A stretch of DNA of 63,920 nt, filler included, from Halocafeteria seosinensis (taxonomy: Eukaryota), in assembly GCA_001687465.1 (NCBI GenBank). It is 4 parts of 4 records of this genome, joined end to end, with 100 filler letters (N's around TTAATTAATTAA, not from the genome) between each part and the next. Parts side by side here need not be neighbours in the genome. Positions count along the whole stretch, not along the records: positions 59,301 to 63,920 come from LVLI01000108.1; 3 more parts are not named here. One strand, 5' to 3'. Shown here one piece after another: positions 63,296 to 63,920 of the stretch. Each line of letters starts with the position of its first letter. Position 1 is the first letter of the stretch. The position numbers and the translations under genes are program-made. The notes under the pieces were generated by a model. It did no database searches. It had not been told where the DNA came from and saw nothing but the letters and a program-made list of their open reading frames with translations.

Positions 63296-63345
63296 CTATC
63301 ACCCGCCAACGTGAAATCAATTGATTTCACGTTGGCGGGTGATAG
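63296..63345. repeat. Perfect 50-bp palindrome
   Basis: CTATCACCCGCCAACGTGAAATCAA|TTGATTTCACGTTGGCGGGTGATAG, with no spacer and no mismatch. Confidence 0.97.
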
Positions 63346-63920
63346 ACGAACTCGGATATCTGGTATGGCGGGTAATACTCGGAGAGGTATGTTGGCACGC
63401 CAAACCCGCTCTGTTGTTGTGCATAATGTTTCTGTCCTGCAGAAAGATAGTTACTACACTTTTTCAAAAGTTGGAATCAAGCGTAGTTTGATGTGCTATG
63501 AACAGCTACAAATCCCTATAGTGAAGGCGAAGCGCAGTATCAATTTTGCATCACTATGAAGGTATAGCCAGCAAATCTTAGAATGCGACTGCCTTTCTGG
63601 GTCCTCATCCCGGCTACGTGGCAAAGTTAGACTGGGGAGCGGTCAATGGGAGAACGCCATCCCTGCGAGGTTAAAGTGTCCGAAGTAGGGCTTAGAGTAC
63701 GTATCGGGGAGGTACAACAGCCGATAGCACATCGTACTGGCACTGTGTGAAAGCCTTCTTTCACTCTTGCACCGGAACGACAGGTAGTAGAGAATAGGAA
63801 CATCTCAATACCCCTTAGACGATGCGTCGTATGTCCACTGCTTTCACATGTGAGTCATTACATACCTAACGGGCATATTACACAACTCTGCGTTCTTGTG
63901 CGACGCTCCCTGTGTATAGA

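Larger units (their letters stand above)
59301..63345. mobile_element. Endogenous virophage/Polinton-like virus fragment (right part)
   Basis: AT-rich, tightly packed intronless ORFs including an adenain-like protease. Composition returns to host-like after about 63345. Right boundary inferred. Confidence 0.75.

Noticed and set aside
63296..63345. Resemblance of the TATCA...TGATA ends to phage N15 telRL or lambda operators
   Set aside because: Only a few bases match and no phage genes are present. The palindrome itself is kept as a finding.

Overview
Eukaryotic (protist) DNA with short GT-AG introns; a stramenopile-like host is my inference only. The window is four contigs joined by 100-nt N spacers containing TTAATTAATTAA, so adjacency across gaps is artificial. 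Contigs 2 and 3 are mostly ordinary nuclear genes: OSCA/TMEM63 channel, PRP4 kinase, thiolase, serine carboxypeptidase, 5S rRNA, AVT-type transporter, GT69 mannosyltransferase, threonine-aldolase-like and CTD-phosphatase-like proteins that both lack key catalytic residues, a methyltransferase, GCV-T, two tandem S1P lyases, a kinesin and two Cys-rich surface proteins. Contigs 1 and 4 are accessory and hold the main findings. (1) A Crinkler/RHS-type NTPase plus PD-(D/E)xK nuclease gene is the only gene between perfect 24-bp inverted repeats (4317-7662), a candidate Crinkler-encoding mobile element. (2) Endogenous virophage/Polinton-like virus DNA occurs in two places. 59301-63345 has a maturation protease, a basic core-like protein, a small TM protein, a duplicated origin-like region, an intron-bearing gene and a perfect 50-bp palindrome. 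About 7915-8570 has a packaging-ATPase stub fused to host DNA right after Walker A. hAT-like and CRE-like transposon relics are also present. All family calls are by eye from motifs; no searches were run.
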